This document shows, piece after piece, positions 21,382 through 31,437 of a stretch of 64,000 nucleotides of DNA; position 1 is the first letter of the stretch; each line of letters opens with the position of its first letter. A program made the position numbers and the translations under genes. The notes under the pieces were generated by a model that was not told where the DNA came from, did not search any database, and saw only the letters and a list, made by a program, of their open reading frames with translations. Source of the stretch: Bdellovibrionota bacterium (GTDB lineage: Bacteria > Bdellovibrionota_G > JALEGL01 > JAGRMV01); assembly GCA_041391405.1 (NCBI GenBank), contig JAWKOB010000009.1, positions 4,167 through 68,166 on the forward strand. The letters are read 5' to 3'.

Positions 21382-21686
21382 CGATCATGAGTTCAAATCC
21401 ATACCTACAGGCATATCAAAGCAAAATCGATTGCCTTGTCGATGCGTTCAAACTTCATACGAATCAAACCATCATGATGCCCAAGCCTTTGGGCGTTCAG
21501 GATGAATCGATTGTTATAAAATCATGCGATGCCTATCTTGAATTCATGGAAAAAATCAAAAGGACAATTTCCGCAGACTCAAAAACGAACCGTACGGTGC
21601 GGATAATCTCAAGCACCTTCTTTCGCTTCAGCAACAGTTTTTCATCGGAAATTAGTCTTTCAAAAGTTTTTCAATCTTTTTGGTGA
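21378..21686 (+). CDS. Hypothetical protein
   Basis: ATGA overlap with the upstream gene. No family recognised. The 3' end is uncertain because it overlaps the convergent gpx and an alternative frame stops near 21653. Confidence 0.3.
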   Translation: MTIMSSNPYLQAYQSKIDCLVDAFKLHTNQTIMMPKPLGVQDESIVIKSCDAYLEFMEKIKRTISADSKTNRTVRIISSTFFRFSNSFSSEISLSKVFQSFW

Positions 21687-22214
21687 CCTTGTCGTCCAGC
21701 GGGTTGGTGGTGGAAATAAAGTAATCGACGAGATTTCCTTTTTATCGATCAGGTATTTCGAAAAATTCCATTTGGGAGCGGATAGCGCACCTAACTTGGC
21801 TTTGGCCCATTGATAGAACGGGTGAGCATCACTTCCGGTCACATCTTCTTTTTTCGCCATCGGAAAAGTCACACCGTAATTCACTTCGCAGAATTTTGCG
21901 ATCTGCTCGCTGGATCCCGGTTCCTGTTTTCCAAAATCGTTGCTTGGAACGCCGATGACGACAAGGCCTTGGTCTTTGTATTTTTTGTAGAGAGCTTCGA
22001 GATCTTTGTATTGCGGTGTGAATCCACATTCCGGCTGTGTTGACGATCAAGATGACTTTGCCTTTGTAATCCGAAAGTTGCAGGGGCTGGCTGACATCAA
22101 TTGGTTGAATGAGAATGCATAGGCATCATGAGCGAGTGCTTCATTGGCTGAGGATTTGGATGAAAATAGAGAGGAAAACATCAAGGCTCCTAGTATGAGG
22201 GTTGGAATTTTCAT
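21652..22214 (-). pseudogene. gpx: Glutathione peroxidase (BtuE/Gpx family) with signal peptide, frameshifted
   Basis: Reverse frames give MKIPTLILGALMFSSLFS, GKVILIVNTA, GFTPQYKDLEALYKKYKDQGLVVIGVPSNDFGKQEPG, NYGVTFPMAKK..VTGSDAHPFYQW and PKWNFSKYLIDKKG. ATG at 22214 lies 3 nt after the upstream gene's stop. Confidence 0.8.
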
Positions 22215-22216
22215 GA

Positions 22217-23488
22217 TCAATGACTCATGAATAACATCAAAATCATGAAAATGTCGATGGCTAGAAGTGTGGGGTGATTTCCTTTGGTCTTGCCACTAAA
22301 AAGTTTCAATGCGGTCCAGCACAAGAATGACCAGATCAACCCTTGGGTAATAGAATAGGTCAGTGGAATCAAAATAAGCGCCAGAAAGGCCGGAATGACC
22401 TCGTCCAGCTGGTTCAAATTGATTTTCAAAAGAGGTGTGATCATGAACACACCCACCAGAATCAAAATCGGGGCAGTCGCGATTTTGGGAATCATCGAGA
22501 GCATCGGAGCGAAGAAGATGCACGGCAGAAACAAAAGAGCCGTCACGATAGAAGTCATTCCAGTTTTTCCTCCCTGGGTGATGCCTGCAGCCGATTCAAT
22601 GTAAGCTGTTCCTGGACTGGTTCCGAATGGTCCCGAGAGTGTTGTGGCCAAGGCGTCGACGATCAAACTTTGTTTGACGTTCTTGGGTTCTCCATCCTTA
22701 TCGAAAAGTTTTCCGGCCTCCGCCAAACCCATGAATGTGGAGAGGCTGTCGAAAAGATCCGTGAACAGCATGGCGAACATGGAGGGTATGAGCGAAAGCT
22801 TCAGCGATCCCCAAAGGTCCATTGCAAAAAACAATGAAAAGTCTGGCATAGAGATCCAATTTTTTTCAAACGGCTGAATCAGACCCACAGGAATGCAACA
22901 AAACGTGGTGATGAAGATTCCCAGGACGAAAGCCGCTTTGTTTTTTCGAATCAACAAAATGGATGTGACCAGAAAACCAAAAACAAAAATCAAAACGGAA
23001 GTTGTGATCGGCCCGCGTGAAATCAATGTGTTTGGGTTGGCCACGATGAAATTCGCATTGGCCAGGCCGATCAGCGCGATGAAAAGACCGATGCCCGAGG
23101 CGATTCCATAACGAAGGGATTGTGGAATGGCTTTGACAATCGCAGTTCGAACGCGAAAAATCGACATAAGCAAAAACAAAATCCCCGTCCAAAACACAAG
23201 TCCCAGAGCGGTTTGCCAGGGAATTTCATGGCCAAGGACGATCGAGAATGTAAAAAACGCGTTCAGGCCCATGCCAGGAGCAACCACAATCGGCATTTTT
23301 GCGTACAGTCCCATCAGCAATGTGGAAACGACGATCAGAATCACTGTCGAGGTCACCAAGGCTTCAAACGGCATGCCGGCCTGCGAGAGAATCAATGGAT
23401 TGACAATGATGATGTAGCACGTAGCCAGAAAGTTGGTCAGGCCTGCGAGTGCTTCGCGTTGAAGATCGTTCTTTGTCATCAAATCCAT
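22217..23488 (-). CDS. NCS2 (AzgA-type) purine permease, adenine/guanine/hypoxanthine family
   Basis: Intact 423-aa multi-TM ORF. The N-terminus LAGLTNFLATCYIIIVNPLILSQAGMP is typical of AzgA/PbuG-type permeases. Confidence 0.85.
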   Translation of the reverse strand: MDLMTKNDLQREALAGLTNFLATCYIIIVNPLILSQAGMPFEALVTSTVILIVVSTLLMGLYAKMPIVVAPGMGLNAFFTFSIVLGHEIPWQTALGLVFWTGILFLLMSIFRVRTAIVKAIPQSLRYGIASGIGLFIALIGLANANFIVANPNTLISRGPITTSVLIFVFGFLVTSILLIRKNKAAFVLGIFITTFCCIPVGLIQPFEKNWISMPDFSLFFAMDLWGSLKLSLIPSMFAMLFTDLFDSLSTFMGLAEAGKLFDKDGEPKNVKQSLIVDALATTLSGPFGTSPGTAYIESAAGITQGGKTGMTSIVTALLFLPCIFFAPMLSMIPKIATAPILILVGVFMITPLLKINLNQLDEVIPAFLALILIPLTYSITQGLIWSFLCWTALKLFSGKTKGNHPTLLAIDIFMILMLFMSH

Positions 23489-23507
23489 TTAATGTAGATT
23501 GTCAGCC

Positions 23508-24440
23508 ATGGCAAAATTTATAGTCACGGGAGGCGCAGGTTTTTTAGGCTCCCATCTGGTTGATAAACTTCTTCATGAAGGACATGAAGTTGTTGTCCTC
23601 GACAATTTGGTCACCGGATTGGAAAGCAATCTGTCCTCGGTCGCCAAAAATCCAAATTTAACTTGGGTGTATCAGGACGTTTCCGCACCCTGGCATGATC
23701 ATGGCAAAGTCGATGGTATTTTTCACATGGCTTCTCCAGCAAGTCCAATCGATTTCGTTCCGCTTTCGGTTGAAATTCTCAAAGTCGGTTCTTTGGGCAC
23801 GCTTCACGCTCTTGAATACGCGAAAAAACACGGCGCATGGTATTTCCAAGCTTCCACTAGCGAGGTTTACGGAGATCCAACCGTGCATCCCCAAGGCGAG
23901 AGTTATTTGGGCAACGTAAATTGTCTTGGCGTTCGCGGAGTTTACGATGAGGCCAAACGTTTTTCCGAAAGTTTGGTGACGGCGTTTCATCGGCGAGAAA
24001 AAGTTCGTACTTCCATTGTTCGAATTTTCAATACCTACGGTCCACGCATGCGAAAAAACGATGGTCGCGTAATTCCAAATTTCATCACCCAAGCATTGGA
24101 CAACAAGCCCATCACGATTCATGGTGATGGAAAACAAACCCGTAGCTTTTGTTATGTGGATGATTTGATCGCAGGTATTTACAATTTCTGGATTCATCAA
24201 CCGCAAGGACCGATCAACCTTGGTAACCCAGTGGAAAGAAATATGTTGGACGTGGCCAACATCATTCTTGAGAAAACCAACTCCAAAAGCAAACTTGTGT
24301 TTTTGCCACTTCCAGAAGGGGACCCGCTGCAACGCTGTCCGGTGATCGATAAAGCCAAAATCGAGCTGCAGTGGAAACCCAAAGTTTCCTTCGAAGATGG
24401 AATCGACAAAACCATCGAATACTTTAAGTCCGTTTTGTAA
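23508..24440 (+). CDS. UDP-glucuronate decarboxylase (UDP-xylose synthase-like SDR)
   Basis: MAKFIVTGGAGFLGSHLVDKLL..VVVLDN, ASTSEVYG and YDEAKR (YxxxK) are colinear with the UXS family. The ORF-track start at 23499 is TTG, and ATG at 23508 is preferred. Confidence 0.85.
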   Translation: MAKFIVTGGAGFLGSHLVDKLLHEGHEVVVLDNLVTGLESNLSSVAKNPNLTWVYQDVSAPWHDHGKVDGIFHMASPASPIDFVPLSVEILKVGSLGTLHALEYAKKHGAWYFQASTSEVYGDPTVHPQGESYLGNVNCLGVRGVYDEAKRFSESLVTAFHRREKVRTSIVRIFNTYGPRMRKNDGRVIPNFITQALDNKPITIHGDGKQTRSFCYVDDLIAGIYNFWIHQPQGPINLGNPVERNMLDVANIILEKTNSKSKLVFLPLPEGDPLQRCPVIDKAKIELQWKPKVSFEDGIDKTIEYFKSVL

Positions 24441-24441
24441 T

Positions 24442-24595
24442 ATTCCCCTCTATGGAGGGGTGTCACCGTAGGTGAAGGGGTGGTTACAACATCCTCAAAA
24501 GATCATAACCCCTCTGTAAAAGCACCACCCGGTCAGGTTAGGGTTTGCCACCACCCCGTCAGGCTTGCACCTGCCACCCCTCCATAGAGGGGAAT
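24442..24595. repeat. 154-bp intergenic element with perfect 21-bp terminal inverted repeats (MITE-like or structured RNA)
   Basis: ATTCCCCTCTATGGAGGGGTG (24442-24462) is the exact reverse complement of 24575-24595. The interior carries near-tandem CACCACCC(C)GTCAGG(Y)T copies and GGGGTGG/CCACCCC complementary blocks. Confidence 0.7.
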
Positions 24596-24641
24596 TTAGT
24601 AGAGTATCTTTTCACCCAAAACCTGCTATAACGCTGCACCG

Positions 24642-26448
24642 ATGTCCGATACACCCTTAGAATTGATCCGCAATTTCTGCATCATTGCGCATATTGACCA
24701 TGGCAAATCCACCCTGGCGGACCGCTTTTTGGAAATCACCAAAACGGTGGAAAAGCGCAACATGGAAGCGCAGTTTTTGGACAAAATGGACATTGAGCGC
24801 GAACGCGGCATCACCATCAAAGCGCAATCGGCTCGTCTGAAATTCCAGGCCAAAGACGGAAAAATTTATCAGTTTAATCTTATCGATACACCTGGGCACG
24901 TGGACTTTTCCTATGAAGTTTCTCGCAGCCTTTCGGCCTGCGAGGGGGCGCTTTTGCTCGTGGATGCTTCTCAAGGTGTTCAGGCACAAACCTTAGCGCA
25001 CACTTACGAAGCGGTTGGACAAAACCTCGAGATCATTCTGGTACTCAACAAAATCGATCTGCCCAATGCAGATGTTTCGCGTATCAAAAAAGAAATTGAA
25101 GACATCATTGGATTGGACACCAACGATGCCGTTTCCATCAGCGCCAAAACGGGCGAGGGTGTGACCGATATTTTGGAGCGGGTGGTGACGAAAATTCCAC
25201 CTCCGAAAGGTAACGTCAACGAACCACTCAAAGCCCTTTTGTTCGACAGCTGGTATGATCCCTACTTGGGCGTTGTTTGTCTGATCCGCGTTTTCGATGG
25301 ATCGATTCGCAAAGGTTCCAAAATCAAATTCATGTCTTCGGGCACCGAATATGAAGTCGAACGTGTGGGTGTTTTGAATCCGCACCCGGCAATCGTGGAA
25401 GATTTGAAACCAGGCGAAGTGGGATTTTTCGCCGGTCAAATCAAGGAAGTTTCCGAAGTGCATGTGGGTGACACCATCACCGAGGTAAAAAAACCGGCAG
25501 TCGCGCCACTTCCTGGATTCAAGATCGTTAAACCGACTGTGTTCTGCGGTATTTTCCCGACCGATGATACGGACGTGAACGATCTTCGCGATGCTGGAAA
25601 AACTCAAACTCAACGATACGTCGTTTTCTTTCGAGCCTGAAAACTCCGTAGCCCTTGGATTCGGATTCCGTTGCGGATTTCTGAGTATGCTTCATATGGA
25701 AATCATCCAAGAGCGTTTGGAACGTGAGTTCAAGATGAACATCATCAGTACCGCGCCGACCGTCGGTTACAAAGTGTACAAGCTCAACGGTGAAGTGCTC
25801 GACATCGACAATCCGGCCAAACTTCCAGACCCGAGTGAAATTCAAAAAATCGAAGAGCCAATTATTGAGGCCACCATCCATACGCCGCAAGAATTCTTGG
25901 GCAATATCTTGAGCCTTTGTGAAGACAAGCGTGGCAAACAAGTGTCGATGGATTTCCCATCGCCAACGCGTGTGGTTCTCAAATACGATTTGCCGTTGAG
26001 TGAAGTAGTCTTTGATTTTTACGACAAATTGAAATCATCCACCAAGGGTTATGCCTCGCTCGACTATGAATTCAAACGTTTCGAAGAAGCGGAAGTGATC
26101 AAGCTCGACATGCTTATCAACGGCGACAAAGTCGATGCACTTTCGGTGATGCTTCACAAAGAAAACGCCTACTATCGCGGACGTGAAATCGCGAAAAAAC
26201 TCAAAGAGCTCGTCCCGAAACAAATGTTTGAAGTGGCTATTCAAGCTGCCATTGGAAACAAAATCATTGCGCGCGAAACCCAGTCTGCAATGAGAAAGAA
26301 CGTTTTGGCCAAGTGTTACGGCGGTGATATCAGCCGCAAACGCAAACTCCTCGATAAGCAAAAAGAGGGTAAAAAGCGCATGAAGCGTTTGGGTAACGTG
26401 GAACTTCCACAGGAAGCCTTCCTGGCGATCCTGAAAGTCGACGAATAG
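24642..26448 (+). pseudogene. lepA: Elongation factor 4 (LepA), one frameshift near 25600
   Basis: [28 protein letters not shown] and NKID GTPase motifs are in ORF 24642-25640. The LepA C-terminal domain is in ORF 25591-26448. The junction reads DLRDA|[11 protein letters not shown]. Confidence 0.95.
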
Positions 26449-26472
26449 TTCAAAAGGGCGTAGATAAAAATC

Positions 26473-27030
26473 ATGTACGCAAAACCAATCATTCTTCCGT
26501 ATCAAGGTGTAGCGCCTAAAATTCATCCTACAGCGCTGATCATGCCGGGCGCTGTGGTGATCGGAGATGTCGAGATTGGTGAATATTCCAACATCTGGCC
26601 AGGATGCGTGATTCGCGGGGACATTAATTATATTCGCATCGGCAAACGTACCAACATTCAGGACGGTACAGTGATCCATGTCACACGTCGGGATTTGGCG
26701 CCCACTGGAAAAGGAATGACAGTGATCGGGGACAATGTCACCGTCGGACATCAAGCTGTGTTACACGCATGTACGCTGGAAGATGCTTCGTTTGTAGGTA
26801 TGGGAGCAGTGGTAATCGATGGAGCCACCGTCAAGACGGGGGGCATGGTGGCTGCTGGAGCCATGCTGACCTATGGAAAAGTCGTTCCGGGTGGTCAAAT
26901 CTGGGCAGGAAACCCTGCCAAATTGCTGCGCGAAATGAAACAGAGCGAAAAAGAATATATTCTTCAGTCCGCTCAAAATTATGTCAACGATGCTCAAAAC
27001 TACATGAAAGAGTTCGCCTCCAAAGCCTGA
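26473..27030 (+). CDS. Gamma-carbonic-anhydrase-like hexapeptide-repeat protein (YrdA/PaaY family)
   Basis: Intact ORF. IHPTALIMPGAVVIGDVEIGEYSNIWPGCVIRGD..IRIGKRTNIQDGTVIH shows the left-handed beta-helix repeats of this family. Confidence 0.8.
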   Translation: MYAKPIILPYQGVAPKIHPTALIMPGAVVIGDVEIGEYSNIWPGCVIRGDINYIRIGKRTNIQDGTVIHVTRRDLAPTGKGMTVIGDNVTVGHQAVLHACTLEDASFVGMGAVVIDGATVKTGGMVAAGAMLTYGKVVPGGQIWAGNPAKLLREMKQSEKEYILQSAQNYVNDAQNYMKEFASKA

Positions 27031-27042
27031 TTTGTCGAGACT

Positions 27043-27070
27043 TTGATCGGTGGAACTCCTTTCCTATAAT
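27043..27070 (+). promoter_or_regulatory. Candidate sigma-70 promoter for the membrane-protein/pyr/car gene string
   Basis: TTGATC-N16-TATAAT (27043-27048 / 27065-27070), 44 nt upstream of the ATG at 27114. Confidence 0.45.
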
Positions 27071-27113
27071 TAGATTGACGTTTGGGGCAAACATCATTAG
27101 GAATATCGTTTTA

Positions 27114-27487
27114 ATGAACTCCAAAATCATTAAAAAAGCCCGTTCGGGTGGAACTTTCATAGATATCCTTTTCTTCCTCGCTATTGCCATCGGTATTTAT
27201 GTGGCTGTCGTGTATGTTCCGTACATCTATAAAAGCCAAGAACTTCAAGCCATTATTAAAGACTATACATTCAGAACTGGTGGCGCTGGACCGGATAAAA
27301 TTCGTGCGGCTGTGATCGAGGATGCGAAGAAAAACTCGATATCGATTTGAATGCCGATGACGTCGAGGTCATTATGAACGATCAACGCACAACCATTCAA
27401 GCCACATGGAGACCTGTGATTCGTTTTGTGGGTGGTATTGAATGGCCAAGATCATTCACTGTTGAATATGATCGGAAGCAGTTGTAG
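27114..27487 (+). pseudogene. Small membrane-anchored protein (DUF4845-like pattern), one frameshift near 27335
   Basis: MNSKIIKKARSGGTFIDILFFLAIAIGIYVAVVYVPYIY is an N-terminal TM segment. After a frame change in an A-run it reads KKLDIDLNADDVEVIMNDQRTTIQATWRPVIRF..FTVEYDRKQL*. Confidence 0.4.
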
Positions 27488-27489
27488 CA

Positions 27490-28407
27490 ATGGGGCCAAC
27501 GGCGAAACAACTTCTCTCCATCCAACAATTTACACCTGAATTTCTTCTTTCTTTTTTCAAACAAGTTCAAAAGAACAAAGCCAGTGGTTTGTCCGCGCTT
27601 CCGCCTGTTCTGAAAAATGAAATCGTATGTTTGATGTTTCTGGAGCCCAGCACACGTACGCGCGTGTCATTTGAAATCGCAGCGAAAAAACTCGGAGCGG
27701 ACACGGTCTTGATTCAAAGAGAAGGGACCAGTCTGGAAAAGGGTGAAACGATTTTGGATACGTTTCAAACCATTCATGCGATGGGCTGCCGATATTTCGT
27801 GTACCGCTCATCCGATTCCAGCATTCAAGACGTCGCCAAGCATTTTGGGGATAAAATCGTGTTGATCAATGCAGGTGACGGCGTCAATGAGCATCCCACA
27901 CAGGCCTTGATTGATGGATACACGATCTGGGAACGTCATCAGGATTTCAAAAATATCAAGGTGGCCATTCTTGGAGATCTTGCGCGTTCGCGTGTGGCGC
28001 GTTCGGATATTCGATTGTTGAATATGTTTGGTGTCACACCTTACATTTCCGGACCCGTGGAACTTTTGAAAAGTTTTTCCGATGAAAAAGTTCAATACTG
28101 CACCAGCATCGATGCAGCAGTGAGAGATGCTGACGTGGTCATGATGTTGAGGATTCAAAAAGAAAGAAGCAGCACGCAAACTTTCAACTACACGGAAAAA
28201 GATTATTTGAATCAATATGGACTGACGATCGATCGCTTGAAGTTGGCCAAACCCAACGCGATGGTGATGCATCCAGGCCCTTTCAATCGAAATGTGGAGA
28301 TCGAAAGCACCATCGCTGATGGATTTCAATCCTCGATTCTGGAGCAGGTCAACAACGGCGTTTGGACGCGGGCTGAACTTTTCAAAACATTGGCGGGCCG
28401 ATCATGA
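27490..28407 (+). CDS. pyrB: Aspartate carbamoyltransferase catalytic subunit
   Basis: Intact ORF with carbamoyl-phosphate binding motif FLEPSTRTRVSFE, plus HPTQAL and HPGP motifs. Confidence 0.95.
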   Translation: MGPTAKQLLSIQQFTPEFLLSFFKQVQKNKASGLSALPPVLKNEIVCLMFLEPSTRTRVSFEIAAKKLGADTVLIQREGTSLEKGETILDTFQTIHAMGCRYFVYRSSDSSIQDVAKHFGDKIVLINAGDGVNEHPTQALIDGYTIWERHQDFKNIKVAILGDLARSRVARSDIRLLNMFGVTPYISGPVELLKSFSDEKVQYCTSIDAAVRDADVVMMLRIQKERSSTQTFNYTEKDYLNQYGLTIDRLKLAKPNAMVMHPGPFNRNVEIESTIADGFQSSILEQVNNGVWTRAELFKTLAGRS

Positions 28408-29684
28408 AAGTTTTGATCCAAAATGCGCATGTGATCGATCCGAGTCAAAACTTGGATGGGAAAAAGGATATTTTGATTTCCGACGGAAAAATCTCCGCTT
28501 TTGCGGTGCCCAACTCTTATTCGGCCAATGTCGACAAAACCATCGATGCGAAAGGGAACTATGTGGCTCCTGGATTGATCGATCTACACGTTCATTTTCG
28601 CGAACCCGGTGGTGAACACAAAGAAACCATCGCGACGGGTTCCAAGTCCGCCGTGGCGGGAGGTTTTACCTCGGTCTTTGCGATGCCCAATACCTACCCG
28701 GTGAACGACAACACCGACACGACGTATCTGATGTTCGATAAAGCGCGCGAAGTGAATCTCTGTCGCGTGTATCCGGTCGGGGCCGTGACAAAAAACCTTC
28801 AAAGTCAGGAAATGGCACCACTTCGTGAACTTCGAAGAGCAGGATGTTTGGTTTTCTCTGACGATGGGCGCCCAGTTTCCAATACCGAACTGCTTCGAAA
28901 AGCACTGGTTGAGATTCGGGAAATGAATTCGGTCATGATCGAACATTGTGAAGAAATTGCGATGGCCAATTATGTGACGATTCATGATGGGGCCGTGTCC
29001 AAAGAGATGGGAATCACAGGAATCACGCCTTCTTCAGAGACTTCGGATGTCGTGAGATTGATTGCTTTGGCCATGGAAACAGGATGCCGAGTCCACTTGG
29101 CGCATTTATCCTGCGAAGATTCTGTGAAGTTTCTGCGCATGTTCAAAAAAAATGTGAAGCTCACCGGTGAAGTGACACCTCATCATCTGGTTTTGACACA
29201 TGAGGATGTTCGTTATCTTGGAACGCATGGAAAAATGTATCCACCGCTTCGAAGACAGCAGGATTGCGATGCTTTGATCGAGGGGTTGAATGATGGAACC
29301 ATTGATGCAGTGGCCACAGACCATGCGCCCCATGCGCCAAATGAAAAAGGACTTCCATTCGAGCGCGCTCCCAACGGTGTGATCGGTCTAGAAACAGCCT
29401 TGCCCATCATGCTTCGTCTGGTTGCGGAGAAAAAAATTTCACTCACACGCGTGATTGAAGTGATGTCGATAAAACCTGCAAAAATCGCTTCGCTTGAGGT
29501 CGGACTTAAGGTAGGTAATCGAGCCGATATGGTTGTTTTTTCCGATCAAGAAATTCGCGACTTCTCCAAAGAAAAATTCCAATCCAAATCCATCAATCAT
29601 CCGTTTACCAAATACAAAGGTCGAGGCCGTGTGCACATGACCTTGGTCGACGGTGAAGTCAAATTCACGGACGGTTCGCTATGA
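28404..29684 (+). CDS. pyrC: Dihydroorotase
   Basis: Intact 426-aa ORF, ATGA-coupled to pyrB. GLIDLHVHFREPG metal-binding motif and DHAPH motif. Confidence 0.9.
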   Translation: MKVLIQNAHVIDPSQNLDGKKDILISDGKISAFAVPNSYSANVDKTIDAKGNYVAPGLIDLHVHFREPGGEHKETIATGSKSAVAGGFTSVFAMPNTYPVNDNTDTTYLMFDKAREVNLCRVYPVGAVTKNLQSQEMAPLRELRRAGCLVFSDDGRPVSNTELLRKALVEIREMNSVMIEHCEEIAMANYVTIHDGAVSKEMGITGITPSSETSDVVRLIALAMETGCRVHLAHLSCEDSVKFLRMFKKNVKLTGEVTPHHLVLTHEDVRYLGTHGKMYPPLRRQQDCDALIEGLNDGTIDAVATDHAPHAPNEKGLPFERAPNGVIGLETALPIMLRLVAEKKISLTRVIEVMSIKPAKIASLEVGLKVGNRADMVVFSDQEIRDFSKEKFQSKSINHPFTKYKGRGRVHMTLVDGEVKFTDGSL

Positions 29685-30795
29685 AAGCGCATCTTCTGTT
29701 GGAAAATGGAGAAAAACTCACGGGTCGATTGATCGGCTTTGATGGCATCAGCACTGGTGAACTAGTATTTCACACTGGAATGACAGGGTATCAGGAAATC
29801 ATCACAGACCCGTCTTACTGCGGTCAAATTGTGACCATGACTTACCCTCACATCGGCAATTATGGGGTTAACAAAGAAGATATTGAAGCCAGCAAGCCTC
29901 ATTTGGCAGGATTTGTGATGCGTGAATACGCGCAAAATCCAAGCAATTGGCGATCAACACAATCCTTGATGGAATATCTCAAGGAAAACAAAATCGTTGG
30001 TATCGATCGTGTTGATACGCGCAAAATTACGCGCATCATCCGTGAAAAGGGATCGATGAAATCCGTGATTGCCAGTGAAAGATTCAGCTGGATCAAATGA
30101 AAGCTGCTTTGGCGGATGCTCCGAATATGGAAGGCGCAAATTTGGTCACGCAGGTTGGCTCCACCAAGATTTATCAGTGGAATGAAAAGCTGGACAACAA
30201 GCCAGTTAGTCTTTCCAAAGATGCACCGCATGTTGTGGTGATTGATTGTGGAGCTAAATATCAAATCTTGCGCTATTTGAATGAGCAAGGGCTCGCGTGA
30301 CAGTCGTTCCATACAACACTTCAAAAGATGACATCATGAGATTGTCACCAAGGCATCATGATTTCCAATGGTCCTGGTGACCCAGCAGCGGTTAAGGGAT
30401 TGCCTGAAACCCTGCGCTCAATGATCGGAAAATTACCGATGTTCGGTATTTGTTTGGGTCATCAATTGCTCTGTCTGGCGGCGGGCGGTGAAACCTATAA
30501 ACTCAAATTCGGTCACCATGGTAAACCATCCGGTTTTGAATAAAAATCTGGCAAAATTGAAATCACATCCCAGAACCATGGTTTTGCTGTGGATGGGGAG
30601 TCGCTTGAAAAAGTAGCTCAGAAAAATTTCGGAAAACTCGATATTTCTCATGTTCATTTGTCAGATGGAACCATCGAAGGATTTTCACTGCCGGACGCCA
30701 ATGTCACTGCGATTCAATATCACCCAGAGGCTTCTCCGGGTCCGCATGATGCGGATTATCTATTCAAGGAGTTTTACGCATGTTTGAAGAACTGA
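29681..30795 (+). pseudogene. carA: Carbamoyl-phosphate synthase small (glutaminase) subunit, frameshifted
   Basis: Fragments 29681-30100, 30097-30300, 30358-30543 and 30589-30795. Motifs [32 protein letters not shown] (catalytic Cys) and [12 protein letters not shown]. Confidence 0.9.
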
Positions 30796-31437
30796 TCGAA
30801 CAGTTGATCCAATATTTCTCCAAACCACCGTATCAGGAAGATTTTGCGCGCGAAAAAATATGTACCTAAAACCGTTGGAACGGTTGTCGAGGAACATCCG
30901 TATTTTGATTCGTGGATTTCGGGATTTTTCGAATGGTATTTGATCGATTACAAAATGGTGAAACTTGGAATTCCACCAGTCTACTTATATCAACGCGTGT
31001 TCGCCGACACTCTTGATCCCAGAGAAATGGAATTTTTACAGGAAATGGAAAAGTCTGCTTTGAGTTTGTTTGAAGTTCAATCGGTGTCAGGCCAAAAAAT
31101 CAAAGCAACCGATCTGTATGCTGACAAAAGCATCGAATTCAGATCTCATGAAAATACAGCCCTGATCAACAGAGGCGATTTTGTGGTGACACGTATTCTA
31201 CGTTCAGCTCAGAAGGTCTCGTCCTTCGGTGTGATTTGGCACTTGTCAGGCGAGATCTCTTCGATTGTAAACAAAAGGCTTCAGACCATGAAGACACCAT
31301 TGGATCAGGAAATGTTTTTGTATGAACTGATCAAGCGCAAGGCTCAATCCGAAGTGTACAGTCACGTACCTCTGGATCAGATTTTCGGCTGGAAAACCGG
31401 TGCTGAAATCAAAGTTCAACCAAGGAAGCAGAAGTAA
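30780..31437 (+). pseudogene. Hypothetical protein between carA and carB, one frameshift near 30860
   Basis: ATG at 30780 ([23 protein letters not shown]) joins ORF 30844-31437 after an A-run frame change. No family recognised. It ends exactly at the carB ATG (TAATG). Confidence 0.45.
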
